Origin: Camelus dromedarius
Taxonomy: Eukaryota
NCBI RefSeq assembly: GCF_036321535.1
Contig: NC_087447.1
Span: 44,022,001-44,086,000, forward strand
Length of the DNA: 64,000 bases
Reading direction: 5' to 3'
Shown: positions 50,891 through 64,000 of the stretch, piece after piece
How positions within the stretch are numbered: the stretch's first letter is position 1
Layout of the letters: every line of letters starts with the position of its first letter
Program-made: the position numbers and the translations under genes
Notes under the pieces: generated by a model
The model's database searches: none
Seen by the model: the letters and a program-made list of their open reading frames with translations, nothing else
What the model was told of the DNA's origin: nothing

Positions 50891-51340
50891 CTGCCAGGGT
50901 TCTCCAGGGAAACAGAACCAACAGGATAGAGGAAGAGACAGAGATAGAGATTCATTATAAGAAGTTGGCTCAAGTGATAATGCTGAAGATCCAGGAGAGC
51001 CGATGGTGTGGTTCCAGTCCAAAAGCCAGGAGGCTGAGACCCAAGAAGAGCCAATGTTTCAGTCTAAATCTGAAGGTAGGAAAAGACCAATGTCCTAGCT
51101 CAGTTAGGCAGAAGGAGTTTGCTCTTACTCAGGGGAGGGTCACCCTTTTTTGTTCTATTCAGGCCTTCAACTGATTGGATAAGGCCCACCCACGTTAGGG
51201 AGGGCAATCTGTTGTACTCAGTCTACTGATTCAAATGTTAATCTCATCCAAACACAGCCTCAGAGACATACCCAGAGTAGTGTCTGACCAAATATCTGGG
51301 CGTCCCATGGCCAAACTGACACATAAATTTAACCATCACA
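50891..51340 (-). mobile_element. ERVL LTR (MLT2-like)
   Basis: cagggttctccagggaaacagaaccaacagga ... gacacataaatttaaccatcaca. Confidence 0.85.
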
Positions 51341-52199
51341 GGCCTTTAGTTGCCAGGTCCCTTAGTTCTTTCTTTACTTTAAGAAAATAAAGTTTCAGAG
51401 AGGAATCAAGGTCATTCTAGACTCTGCTTTCAACCAGAGGTTTCCTCCAGATATCTAGTTAATTCTTATTTCCTTTCATGATGACATCCTGTCTCTGCCA
51501 AGTTTGTTTTGCATGAAATGTGCAGCATTCAGTCATATATTCCACAAGCAAAAGTTTTATATTGAGCACCTATTATGCAGCAGGCATTGTGCCAGCAATC
51601 ATCAACTCCTTTATCTCACCCAGGGGCCTATGGGCACCCATGATTATTTCATTTCAGTTCTGCTATCCTGATGGCTTCACCTACACGCTCTCAGGAGAAG
51701 GGCCACTCTCAGTCCCTGTGTCTTCTTGCAAGCACATAACTTCTTCATATATAAGCAGTATTTTTCTCAATGGATAGTCAGATTGATTATTTACTTACTT
51801 ATCTGCACATCGTTGTGGCTTATAATTCACAGGCAAAGCTAGCGGTTTACTCATAGCAAGATAAACGCAAGGAGCAAAAGGAGTCACAACCTGGAAGCAG
51901 ATTCACCCACTTGAACAGGGCAGAGAAACAGTGACACCCTCTCGGCTGACAGCGGCTGTTAAGTGAGGTCCACAATTCAAGGTGTCTCAGGAATGTTGAG
52001 TTATGGGCAAAAGGACAGCACTGCAAGAGCTGCTGGACCAACAGAGGTGGAATGCTGTGATGGAGAATCTACAGAGTTCTGTGGGCAGAATTCTGAAGGA
52101 CTGGGAGAGAAGCTGCTGGCATCCAAGATATTTGTGTTTCATTAGCTGGACTGAAGTTCAGGTACAAGACCACAAGAATTGGCAAAAACAAGGCCTGAC

Positions 52200-52420
52200 C
52201 TTGGTGGTTCACAGCTCAGACTTTGAAGCCAGAATGCCTGATTTTAGATCCACATCACAACTGAAAATTCTCGGGCAAATTATTTAATCTCTATTTACCC
52301 TGGTTTTTTCATCTGTAAAGTGGAAAAACTTACAGTACTTACTTCACAGGATTCTTGTGAAGTTTAAATGAATATATGTAAATTAGAATACGTAGAACCT
52401 AGCACAAAGTAGGCATTTCA
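52200..52420 (+). mobile_element. MIR SINE
   Basis: cagactttgaagccagaatgcctg...gggcaaattatttaatctct...catctgtaaagtgg. Confidence 0.65.
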
Positions 52421-52789
52421 ATTTCGTTCTTGTTACTTTACAGGTTGTCTAAATAGGAACTAATGCAGAAGATTCTTATCAAAAGTAAATGAGGTTGAGA
52501 TAAATTAGGAGTGTTTTCAGGTCTGAAAATTTAATAAAGAATGTTTATATCAGAATAGGAGAGTGAATGACTGCAATGTGGTCATAAACGTGGGAGTGAA
52601 AAAGTCACCCTGGCACACTTGGCCAGGCCTAGAAGGCCTTGTTGAGCTGAGACTATGGCCTTATAGTTATGTCAGACCTTATGAGCAGATGTCTCAGAAT
52701 CTCAGATGGAGAGGAAGCTGTCCCAGCTTGGGGATTCATGCAGGGCGGTCTTGGGATTGTGTCTGACCTCTTTTTCCACACAATTATTT

Positions 52790-53190
52790 AGTCATTTTCA
52801 TTATGAAATACATCATATACAAAAGAATATATAACATATATATAGACTAATAATAAAACATACACCTGTATATCTACCAACCAACATAAAATACAGAACA
52901 TTACCAGAACCTTTGAAGCCTCCCATGTACTCCTTAATCATAACCTTTTCCCTTCCCCCATAAGTTACCACTATCCTGGATTTTCTTACAGATGTTGGCA
53001 CCAGTACCGTGTGTCCCTAAACAACACACTATTCAGTTTTTCAGTTTTGAATTTTATGTGTATGAAATCAAACTGCTTGTCCTCTTCTGTAATTTGCATG
53101 TTTTTCTCAGCACTGCCTTTGAGATTTATCCACATGATACTTGTACCTGTGATCTTTCATTTTTATTGTGACTTGTTAATTCTTAAAGGT
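52790..53190 (-). mobile_element. L1ME-type 3' end
   Basis: aaatacagaacattaccagaacctttgaagcctccc...accactatcctg. Confidence 0.6.
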
Positions 53191-54897
53191 TTCAAGTCAG
53201 TGGGAAAACAAAAGATTTTCGATTGTAGGTACTTAATGACATAGCTTTAAAATATGTACAGCAAAATTTATTGAAACTACAAGGGAAAACCGACAAGACC
53301 ACTATCACAAGGGGAGATTTTAATCTAACTCTATTAAGACAATAGATCAAACAGAGAAAAAAACTGTCAATAATAGAAGAGGCAGAAAAGAAACAGCTGT
53401 ACAGGAAGGAAGGAAGAACTGGTGAGCAGTCAAGTATTATCAAGAGAACTGGTGTGGTTTAGGGTGAGATTATTAAAAATAAGCATTCACCAGACCCTCC
53501 TTTTTATCTGTGCCTCTTGCTGGACCAGGAATAGAACTTGAAAGAGAATTACAAAATTTCCAAAACTGCTCTCATACCACCCATGCCTTTTCGTAACTCT
53601 TCTTGCTAAGGAGAAATATTGTTTTGAATAGTTGGATCCAGACCACTAATTGGGCCACATTTAATGACAGAGGGTCACTGTAGATTTAAAGACTGCCCAT
53701 ATATTGATTCTCTCTCCTCTCTTTTCTCTTCAACAAAATGGCAAGTGGCCTTAAGGCCACCATCCTCTGTGGACAATTCTGAGGTTGAGGCTTGGGCTTC
53801 TAAAAAGGAGCATGAACCAGTGCTCCTTCTTAAACTGTGCCCTCCAGTGCAACATATAAGAATTCTCAGCATTAGGGCTCAGGGGCCCACGTCTAGAAAA
53901 CAAGTCATATTTAGCTTCTTATTTTTCATTATTCCTTGCAGGCAGATTTTTCATGGGGGTTTGTAGTGATCATCTGCTCTCCTGAAAATGGTAACACCTA
54001 TAGCTCACCAAGTGCCACGATTCTTTTCTGACAAGAACTCACTAATTATTCTGAGATTTCTTCCCTAGAATATGTCTTTCCTTCCATGGGAATCATCCGG
54101 ATCGTGCATCTTCAGTTGTTTAGAGTTTCTTGTGCATCTTAACCTCCTCTAGGCACTATTTCCAAACTCTTAACTCTTGATTAGGCTTTAATTCTTCAGG
54201 TCATCAGAATCCTGTACTTTCATATTTACTATCTGTAGTATTTCCTCCCTTCTCTCTGGGAACTCTTCCTCCTCCCCATAAGTAAAAGAATAGAGGAACA
54301 CTTCTAAATAAACCTGTTCACTTTCCATGAAACAGAATGACAGTCATGCCTTATACAGAGAGAGAACAAGACCCTATGTGAGGGAACAACTCATCTGTTA
54401 CTGTATGTGTGTAACCCTGTTGTAAGGTAGTATTTTTGCAATTTGAAAGAGGTGGTTACACTTCTCAGCCTGCAATTATAAATCCATGGATCTGTAGAGC
54501 AGAAGTGGGGTCAAAGTCTCACCTGAAAAGTCACTCCCTGTGTCAATCACATGAGGAATAAACCCATCTTTTTCAGACTAAAAACTGGAATTGAAAAAGT
54601 GGACAACAGATACACAAAAGATGCAGATGCAACAAATATACAAAGTCTCTCCTTCAGTCTGCACTGGAAAGTGACAAGTTTTTAGGGAATTCATCAGGAG
54701 GGATGGGGACAAGTCAGTCAAAGTTAAAACTGATGCACAGGGACTGGCCAGAAACTGAGAAGGGACACAGATTTCAATGAATTAGGGCCAAATACAGAAA
54801 TCTCAACAAATCAGGTATGATGGGATTGGATCCCTCCCTGGAGTTTGTTAAATGAAACATTTTGACATTCCATCTACTTACCAGTTATTCTCTATGC

Positions 54898-55132
54898 TTT
54901 TCTTTTTTTTATATTGATTTATAATCATTTTGCAATGTTGTATCAAATTCCAGTGTAGAGACAATTTTTCAGTTATACATGAACATATATATATATATAC
55001 TCATTGTCACATTTTTTTCTCCATGAGCTACCATAAAGTCTTGTATGTATTTCCCTGTGCTATACAGTATAATCTTGTTTATCTATTTTACAATTTTGAA
55101 ATCCCAGTCTATCCCTTCGCACCCTCCGCCCC
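54898..55132 (-). mobile_element. Young L1 3'UTR fragment, same family as 29052-29691
   Basis: Near-identical to the reverse complement of 29460-29690 (tataatcttgtttatctattttacaattttgaaatcccagtctatccc). Confidence 0.9.
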
Positions 55133-57238
55133 TTTTATACCCAGCAAAGTCTTTGGGAGTTTTAATCTGCCTTCTATCTACTAAGAACAAAGACCTGGTG
55201 ATCCCCAGGCCCAGAGGGATAGGCTCAGATGAAGCTGGACTGAGAGAACCCTCCAAAGAGTGGAAACTCAGGGCACAGGGTCAACTCTATTTTTAAGCAG
55301 CCTCTCCAGTTCTTGCAATTCTTCTTGTAAACCATGCTAAGTCTGATTTTGCTTTCCTTAATGAGGTTAACATCTTTAAAATTTAGTTCAAGCCAGAAGA
55401 AAAGCATAACATACATTTTTCACATGACCTGACTTTGGCATTTCCCCAAGGTCTGTGGTATAAATGAAGTCCTTGAGTTCTTGAGTTCCTGACCTGTGAC
55501 CTGCCTCCTCCTCCATCCCCCTTCTGGAAAGGAGGCTCTGTCATGTTCTTGATAAGCTCATTACTGGAGTTAATTCTCTAAATGAGTCCTCAACCTGGGA
55601 AACTCCCTCTGTGATCAGACCTTCCAAATGTCAAAAAACCTGCCCAGGTACCCCCAAATATCATTTGCTTTGTATTCGTCAACACAATACTTTGCCTATA
55701 TGTTAAGAAACCATTTCTTTGTCATTGGGTGTTTACATGAAAAACACCTTTTGGGGTAAATATTGTGATAATTAAGTGCACAAACTCAAATTTTAAAATT
55801 ATTAACTCTGTTGTTTATCAATATTCTATGTGTAGAAAGGAGAAATCACACACAGTTCATATAGGGAGAGCATCACTATCAGAAACTTAAAATATCAAAG
55901 TGGCAATTGTTATTTTATAAACCCTGATGTGAAACAAATATACAGAACCAGTTTAGGAACTTGAATAGCTATCAAAAGTTTCATTTCCAGAACTGCCTTT
56001 CTCTGAGGTTTATGGAGCCAGTATGGAGGGCAGGGTGGGGAAGGAGGTTCTTTCATCCTAAGAACTGTGCTTTCTTTCTCTCTGGTTCAGGGTTTCTTGT
56101 GATATAGTGATCACACAGACCAGTAAGGAGTGTCTTGTGGCCCAGGGAGACAGTGGACACTTCCAGCACAAGAAATGTGAATGGAATCTTCACCCCTCAT
56201 CATACTGGCTCTTCCTGCCTGTCCTAGCAGGGACTGCTCCCTCCAGGCTCAACTCACAAAGCTGTACAAGGAAGGCCAGGACTGTGTCACCAGATCATTC
56301 CCAACCAGGACCTTCCTAAAGATCCCTAGAACACCAAACAGGAAAGGATCATTTCTCCAGAAGATCTGGGTTCCATAGAATACCTGTGATTATTTGGGGG
56401 TGTGAGGGGAAATGTTGGAAAGAATGGAGACTTTGCCTGGAGAGGACAGTGACCCCACTGTGAAGGCTAAATGAAGTGAATTAAGGGATTTGGAGTTGTT
56501 CAAGAGACCACTTGGAAAAGACCAGTAGCCTGCTTTGGATCTTTAAAAGTGAAGTGTTGTGTACTGAATGAATGGAAAAAAAGATGCTACACAGAGGACT
56601 GCTGGTTCAACATGGCAGAGTGAGCAAACTTTGCCTTCCCCAATCCCTAAATCCCACTAAAATAATAGCAAAATAATACTTTTTAAATAGTATAAACACA
56701 TAACAGCAAAGAGAACAATAGAAGGTAGAAGGGAGGTGTGAGGATGTAGTCTCAGCAGACAAAACATTTCAACGTACTTCTGAATGCACATGGAAGACTG
56801 CTGACAAATGCAATAAACCAGAGAAAGGCGTAGCCTGAACAGAGTTGCAAAGCACCACGGGGAAGAGGAAATCACATGCCTGGCAAAAATCTATAACCAG
56901 AAGGCGAGGGTTAGAAGTGAGGTTGAAAACAAAGATTAACTGAAGATCTGTTTATAGAACAGACTCTTCCAGCCTTCACAGCCATAGAGAGAGATTAGAC
57001 AGCCCATCATTTATCACCAGGAAAAAAGTCTCTAAAGAAACTAAGTGAACTATTAAGGGAGAAGTAGGCTGCCTAATGAGACCATTGTCATACAAAGGTT
57101 AGGCCCTATTTTTCACAGAGTTTGCTCACTTTCTTAAGAATTCATTTTGAAGAAGAACTTCCACTCAATAAACTTCACCCACATACAAAGAACTCCTAGT
57201 CAGCCCTCCCAGTCCCTCCATTCTTAAATATGAGTAGA

Positions 57239-57708
57239 TGTTTCAGTTACCCACTGCTGTGTAACAAATCACTCCAAAACTCTGTGGCTGAAAATAACAA
57301 ACATTTAAGTCTTACACAGTTTCTGAGGGTTGGGAACTCATAACTTAGTTGGGTCATTCTGGCTCAGATCTCTCATGAGTCTAGATCTTGGCTGGGACTA
57401 CAGTTATCTGAAGGCTTGACTGGGACCCAAGGATCTGCTTCCAAGCTCACTCATGAGGCTATGATCCAGACCTTACCCCTTGCTTTGAGGGCCTCTCATA
57501 ATGTTACAGTAGTTAGATTCCTCCAGAGAGAGCAATCCAAGGGAAAGGACAAAACAGGAAACAAGAAGTCACAGTGCCTTTTATGACCTAACTTGTGAAA
57601 CTGCAAATCTTGTCAGCCATATTCTACAAGTTGCACAGACCAACTACACAAGGACAAGAATATCAGAAGGTGACATCAATGGACACCATATAGGAGGCTG
57701 GCTGCCAC
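57239..57708 (-). mobile_element. MaLR LTR (MLT1)
   Basis: tgtttcagttacccactgctgtgtaacaaatcactccaaaactctgtggctgaaaataacaa ... ggaggctggctgccaca. Confidence 0.8.
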
Positions 57709-58649
57709 AGCAGGCAAAAACAGACATGTCCAGACATGTAGAGAAAGCCTGAAGCATGAAAGAAAATGACTAATAATCAAATGTAAAATGGCACTGCTGA
57801 TAGTTCATGAGGGAATGGAAGAGAACTTTTAGAAACACGTTGCTCGGAGCATTCATCAGTATCCTTAGACACATTTTACAAGCAGCAAGAAGGGGTGATG
57901 AGCCAAAAGAAGATAGGGAAGGGTATGAAAGAAGAGGATTTTGTAAACAGCATTGCATTAGATGGAGACATGTACAGGTGCTCTTCTCTATTCCAAGGTA
58001 GCCTGGGGAATGGGGCACCATCAGTCTAGCCCTAAGAACTTGAGTTGAGCTCTGAGTATAACTGCTGGAAGGGACTGTTGAAGAGATACTGCATTTTCTT
58101 AGGTCTTAGAATTAGTACCTGTGTCTGTTCTAAGCCTCTTCCTGGAAGTCCTGAATAACTTCAATTAGAACTGCTGTTCATTTTGCTTTCATTGGATGTG
58201 GGTACCACTGGAATACAAAAGCACGCATGCTCTATTTCTGAACACGTAAATATCTGTAACACAACCAAGAGTTAAATATTGAGGATACCTTATACTTTTC
58301 ATGTTTCAAGTTACTTCTCTTTTCTGAAAATCTATTGATATTGTTTGAACTCCACTTCAGAGTCTCTCTATTTCTACTCTTTCTCCATACAAACTCACAA
58401 CTGATGTGCACTCGGGGTGGCACTAGACACTGCAGACACAACAATGAGCAAGACGTGGAGCTTACACTGTACAGGGAGACAGGCGGTTTTCAGTGCCTCA
58501 TACAACAGCCTGCAATGCTGGCAAGGCCAAGGAATTACGCATGTTTATAGGAGGATTTCCCAATCCAGGCCTGGGGAGTATACAGTCACAAAGGGTTTTC
58601 CACCCCCTACCTCCCTCTCTACTTGATTTTGCTTCCTAAATATTTCTAA

Positions 58650-59310
58650 GATCTATCACAACCTCATTTTTACCACACTGTGTGGCGAGGCCAAGCTATT
58701 GCCATCAACTGCTCAGACTATTCCAATAGTCTCATAAATAAATGATCTTCCTGAACCCACTTTTGTCCCTTTGCCATCTGTTTTCCACATAGTGGGTACA
58801 GTGTTATTTTGAAAGCACTGTATTTTATTGTGTCATTTTTCTGTTTAAAACATTTCAGTGGCTTCCCATTGAACTTATAATAAAGATAAATTCCTTAACA
58901 TAATTCATCCTGTATCTATCTTCCTAGTTACATCTGAACTGAACTTGCACCTCCATCACTCACTTAACTCAAGCTGCAATGGCATTTTGTGGGCTACAGT
59001 CTGCATTCTTGCTAGGGGTTTTTGAATATATATCATTTCCTCCTGATTTCAGTATTTTCCCTTTCCCTCTTGGCCTTGTTAACTCTCCCACTTCCTTCGG
59101 ATCTCAACTCAATCGTCGTTTCCTCAGAGAAAACTTTTCTGACTTCCCTTACGTCCTTGATAACATAAAAATATACCTTATTTTATTGTTCTTATAGTAA
59201 CGTGCTTTCCTCTTTCATAACATTTGTTACAACTGTGGTATTTCTCCTACTTGTGTGGTTGTTTGACTAATGTCCATTTCCCACCCTAGGCACATGCTCC
59301 TTAAGGTCAG
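58650..59310 (+). mobile_element. L2 fragment
   Basis: ctgtttaaaacatttcagtggcttcccattgaactta...ggatctcaactcaatcgtcgtttcctcagagaa. Confidence 0.65.
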
Positions 59311-60359
59311 GAACTCTACCAGTTATTACTGAACAACTAATAAACAGGAGGCAATTTGGATTTCCTCCTTAAATATGAGAAAATTTTAATTCTCTCCCTA
59401 AATGGAAATGAATTTGAGCTAAATTTTTAGATAATAAAAAATCAGTTTGTTGTATTAACTAAGCATGATAACTATCTGACCAGAGGAACCAATTCATCAA
59501 CATATACTAAAGGAAACCTCCCAGCTCCCTTAAAGGCAATCCATAAATCTCCAAAGACAGCACCTGAAGGAGAGTGTCTACACAGAAAAGGGGAGGTTAT
59601 ACCTCATAGCCCCTCCAAACACTTTCCCTGAAGACCCTAAAATCAGACATACAAGCAAAGAACCAAACTTACTCTCACCCACCTTCTAGTATCTTTAACT
59701 TCTCTTTCTTTATGTTTCCTAAAGTTGACGTTATAGAGGAGACAAACGCTTGTCAGCTTTTACTCCCTTAAAAGGAACAGGCTTTTTCAGGGTAAAGAAA
59801 GGACCAAGTCTCACTTAATCTTTGTTGTAAAATAATGTTTTCTCATTTTGTAAGTGGTTCACAGGGACGATAAGAGTCCCTTCAAGAACCTGAAATAAGG
59901 CTGCACTTTGAGTTTTTAGTTTACTGGTTTGTTTCAGAGATATGTAAAGTGACAAAACAGAGACAGAATAAGCTCTGGCCAAGACTCGAACAAAACTGTA
60001 TTATTTAATATACTAACACATACAGGGTAAAAACATGACAATCTTTAGGAAATTTAGTCAGCAAAGTAAGCTTAGAAAAGGGAAAGTCAAATATTGGTAG
60101 TGTTTTTTTTTCTTAGTCAGAAGAGAGGGTGTCCTGACCCAGTATGATGACCAACCAGGTGGTGTGGCAGGTATGACCCTGAGCACTTGGCAATTTTCAG
60201 GGCTCTATGACTCTAGGCATTAAAATCCCCAACCAGCTGCTCTTTTTCTAAATTGCAGGCTCACTAAGCAGCCTTCTTGTTATAATTAACTTTTCCATTT
60301 TCATTTGTCTCCAGAGAAAGCATTTATTTTCTTTTAAGTCTTCTAATGGCTAAACAACT

Positions 60360-60595
60360 TCTTTTAGAATCACAGTATAGTTGATGCACAAGATTGTTAA
60401 GTTTCAGTTGTACAACACAGTGGCTCACAATTACTAAAGGCTATATTCCATGCACAGTTATAAAAATTTGGCTATATTCCCTTTATTGTACAACACATCC
60501 TTGTAGCTTATTTATTTTATACATGGTAGTTTGCACCTTTTAATCCCTTACCCCATCTTGTCCCTACCACTCTTCCCTTTCCCCACTGATAACCA
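60360..60595 (-). mobile_element. Artiodactyl-type L1 3'UTR fragment
   Basis: gtatagttgatgcacaagattgttaagtttcagttgtacaacacagtg...ccccactgataacca. Confidence 0.75.
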
Positions 60596-60899
60596 TAATA
60601 AACTTCCTAATTTAAATTAATTAATTGGCATTTTAGGCTTCAGTCATTGGCCTTCATGAGGTTTTTTAATGGGAGTCCACTTTGAAAAACAGAGCTCGCT
60701 TTTGTCATGCTGACAATCATGTTTCCAAGCTGATGGTTTGAGACCCATATTCAGGCTTATAGGAGGCTTGTCATAAATTTTCCAAGGAAATGTCTATTAA
60801 AGGGATCTATCAGGATAGCCAGCCAACTTCCCAATGGGATACCAAGCTTTTCTCTAAGTGACTATATATTAAAACTGCCAGAATTCACATGGAAAGCCT

Positions 60900-63800
60900 G
60901 AACTTCTACCTCCACCTGGCACTAGTGGCCTCTCTCTCTCCCTGCTAGAGAAGACAGAGGAAAGAATGAGGGAACTTGAAGAAAAAAACAACAGAAACTA
61001 TTTAATTGGAACAAAAGAGAAAAAATAGACTACAAAACAAAACAAAACATAACAAAAAATCCAGTGTCCCAGAAAGAGAGGAGTAAAAGCGAGGGACTAA
61101 AAAAAGTACTCAAAGAAGTAATATATGAGATCTTCCCAAATTTAGCAAGAGACATTAATCTACAGATTTAAGAAGCTGAGTGAATCTCAAACAGGATAAC
61201 CCTCCCACACCAAACCTACCCAAACTTAAATAAACTTCTGAAGACTAAAAATAAGGAGAAAATCTTGAAAACAGCCAAAGGAAAATGACACACTACATAG
61301 AGGGGAAAATCAACTTGGATAATGGTATATTTCTCATCAGAATCCACTGAGGCCAAAAGGAAGTACTAGCACAATATTTTTCAAGTGCTAGAAGAACTGT
61401 CAACCCAGAATCCTACAGCCAATGAACATATCCTTCAGGAATTCAGGGAAGAATCAAAACATTCTCAGATGAAGGAACATGAAAAATCTGTCACAAATAA
61501 ATCTACCTTAAAACAATGGCTAAAAGAAGTCTCTAAATACAAAGGAAATAACAACAGAGGCACATTAGGAAGAAAGAAAGAGGGTGGTAAGCAAAAATAT
61601 GAATGAAGACAATATTTATAAATATACCCTTGATTTATAGATTATGAAAAATAAAAAGTCTCAAATCAATCATCTAAACTGGTACCTCAAGAACTTAGAA
61701 AAAGAAGAGCAAAATAAACCCAAAGCAACAAGGAAGAAAAAAATACTGAAGATACCAGAAATCAATGAACTTGAAAACATAAAAATTATAGAGAAATCGA
61801 TGAAACAAAGATGGAAAGATCAATAAAACTGACAAAACTTTAGCAAGACTGACAAAGATGAAAAAGAGAGAAGACACAAATTCCCAGTATCAGGAATGAA
61901 ACACAGGACATTACTGCAGACCTTGCAGATGTCAAAGGGATAATAAGGGAAGAATATGAACAATTCTGCATCCATAAATTTGACAACTTAGACAAAATGA
62001 GCCAGTTCCTCAAAAAACACAAGCTACTACAACTCACCCAAGATGAAATAAGATAATTTTAATAAATCTGTAACTGTTAAAGAAATTTAATTCATAAATA
62101 AACCCCGCCCCCCAAAAGTAATCTTCAGACTCGGATGGTTTTACCAGAGAATTCTACCATATGTTTAAAAAATAATTAGCATCAATTCCACATAATCTCT
62201 TCCAGAAAGTAGAAGATGAGGGATCACTTCCCAATTAATTTTATCAAGCTAATATTACCCTGATACCAAAATAAAACAAAGCCAGTATATTAAAAACTAA
62301 ATTTAAAGACCAACATCCCTCATTAATATAGATGAAAGCAACTCTAGCAAATACAACTAGCAACCTATGAAAAGAATTATATACAGAATGACCAGGTTGG
62401 GATTATTCCAGAGATACAAGGCTGGTTCAATTCAAAACTCAATCAGTGTAATCCACCATATTAACAGACCACAGAAGAAAAAATCATATAAACATAACAA
62501 TCAACACAGCAAAGGCATTTGACAAAATTCATTTATACCCATTTATGGTAAAAACTCTCAGAAACATAGGAATAGAGGGCAACTTCCTTAACTTGACAGA
62601 GCATCAAAAGATGCATGATAGTATTATACTTAAGGGACAAAGACTGAATGCTTTCCCCTGATATTGGCATTTACCACTCATATTCAACATTTCACTCTAA
62701 GTTATAACCAGTACAATAAGGCAAGAAAAAGAAACAAAAGGCATACAGATAGAAAAAGAAGAAATTAAAATCTATATGCAGATAACATGATTGTCTACAT
62801 AGAAAATATCAAGGAATCTACAAAAATCTCCAAGAACTAGTAAGTAGGTTCAGCAAAGTAATGGGATATAAGATGAACATATAAACACTATTATAAATAC
62901 TATTACATTAGCAATGATTACATGGGCAATGAAATTTAAAATACAATACTACATATAGTCACTTTAAAATGACTCACAGAAGTGTCAATCTAACAAAACA
63001 TGTAAGGGACTTGCATGCTGATAGCTACAAAATGCTGATGAAAGAAATCAAAGATCAAAATAAATGGAGAGATACACTAGGTTCCTGGATTGGAAGACAA
63101 CACAGTAAAGATGTCAATTTTCCCCAAATTGATATGCATGTTTAATACAACTCTTACCAAATTCCAAGAAAAACTTTCTGTCTTTGGCTTTTGACCTAGC
63201 TGAGATGAGACTACTCTAACATTTATATGAAAATGCAAAGAAACTAGAATAGCTAAAACAATTTTGAGAAACAAGAATTAGGAGGAAAGAGTCTACCTGA
63301 TTTGAGGACTTATTATATAGCTACAGTAATCAAAACTGTGTGGTACTGGCAGAGGGATGAACAAACAAAACAACAGAACACAAAAGAGAACCCTGAAATT
63401 GACCCAGATATGCCAGATAGATTGTTGACAAAGGTTCAAAGGTTATAATACAGGCAATTCAGCCGAGGAAAGACAACTTTTTCAACAAACGGTGCTGGAG
63501 CAATTGGACATCCATAGGCAGAACTCTGACCTAAGTTTCACAGCTTATATAAAATTAACTCGAAAAGGTCACGGACTTTATGTAAAGTGTAAAACTGTAA
63601 TACTTCATTAGAATACTAATATTTCATAAAAAAATCTTAAGGAACAATTGACTAGGCAAAGTTACCTTAGATTTGTCATTAAAATTAAAACTTTTTCTCT
63701 GTGAAAACCTGTTAGGGCAAAAAGGCAAGCTACAGAGCATAAGAAAACATTTGTAAGCCACATATCTGATGAAGGACTAACATCTAGACTATATAAAGAA

Positions 63801-64000
63801 TCCACAAAACTCACCAGTAATAAAACCAATCATCAAATTAGAAAATGGGGAAAGGGCATGAAGAGACTCCACCAAAGAGGATAAAGCGGATGGCAAATAA
63901 ACACTTGAAAAGATGTTTAACATTGTTAGCCATTTGGGAAATGCAAATTAAAACAACAACTGAGATGTCATTACACATCTATCAGAATGGCTGAAATGAA
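60900..64000 (+). mobile_element. Large decayed L1M: ORF1 3' part, deletion of the endonuclease region, ORF2 RT region; runs off the window
   Basis: ORF1-like sequence at 61080-61540. ORF2 resumes at ~61650 (KSQINHL...LEKEEQNKPK). RT motifs QGWFN (~62417), KAFDKI (~62512) and YADNMIVY (62775-62798, catalytic DD lost). Many stops and frameshifts. Confidence 0.9.

Overview
This is mammalian nuclear DNA, almost certainly camelid. The assignment rests on six copies of a tRNA-Ala(AGC)-derived SINE matching the camelid vic-1 type, plus artiodactyl-type L1 3' ends. The window is AT-rich and dominated by interspersed repeats: old and young L1, L1-ORF1/HAL1-like relics, L2, MIR, ERV1/ERVL/MaLR solo LTRs, hAT elements and microsatellites. 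The only confidently identified gene-derived sequence is a full-length processed pseudogene of ATP synthase subunit b (ATP5PB/ATP5F1) on the minus strand at about 9.46-10.59 kb. It has a target-site duplication, a poly(A) signal, no frameshifts and two nonsense codons. No intact protein-coding gene could be supported; almost all ORFs in the track are repeat-derived or chance. The features most worth following up are (i) a cryptic, highly degenerate ~53-bp (19+19+15) tandem array at ~0.48-1.29 kb built on TGTCA/TGACA motifs, (ii) a small CpG-rich promoter-like island at ~42.8-43.25 kb with no obvious gene, and (iii) exon-like segments in the non-repetitive islands that may be a lncRNA, a decayed gene or chance. 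I found no firm evidence of a novel biological system. Repeat subfamily names are from recognition and boundaries are approximate unless a TSD is cited.
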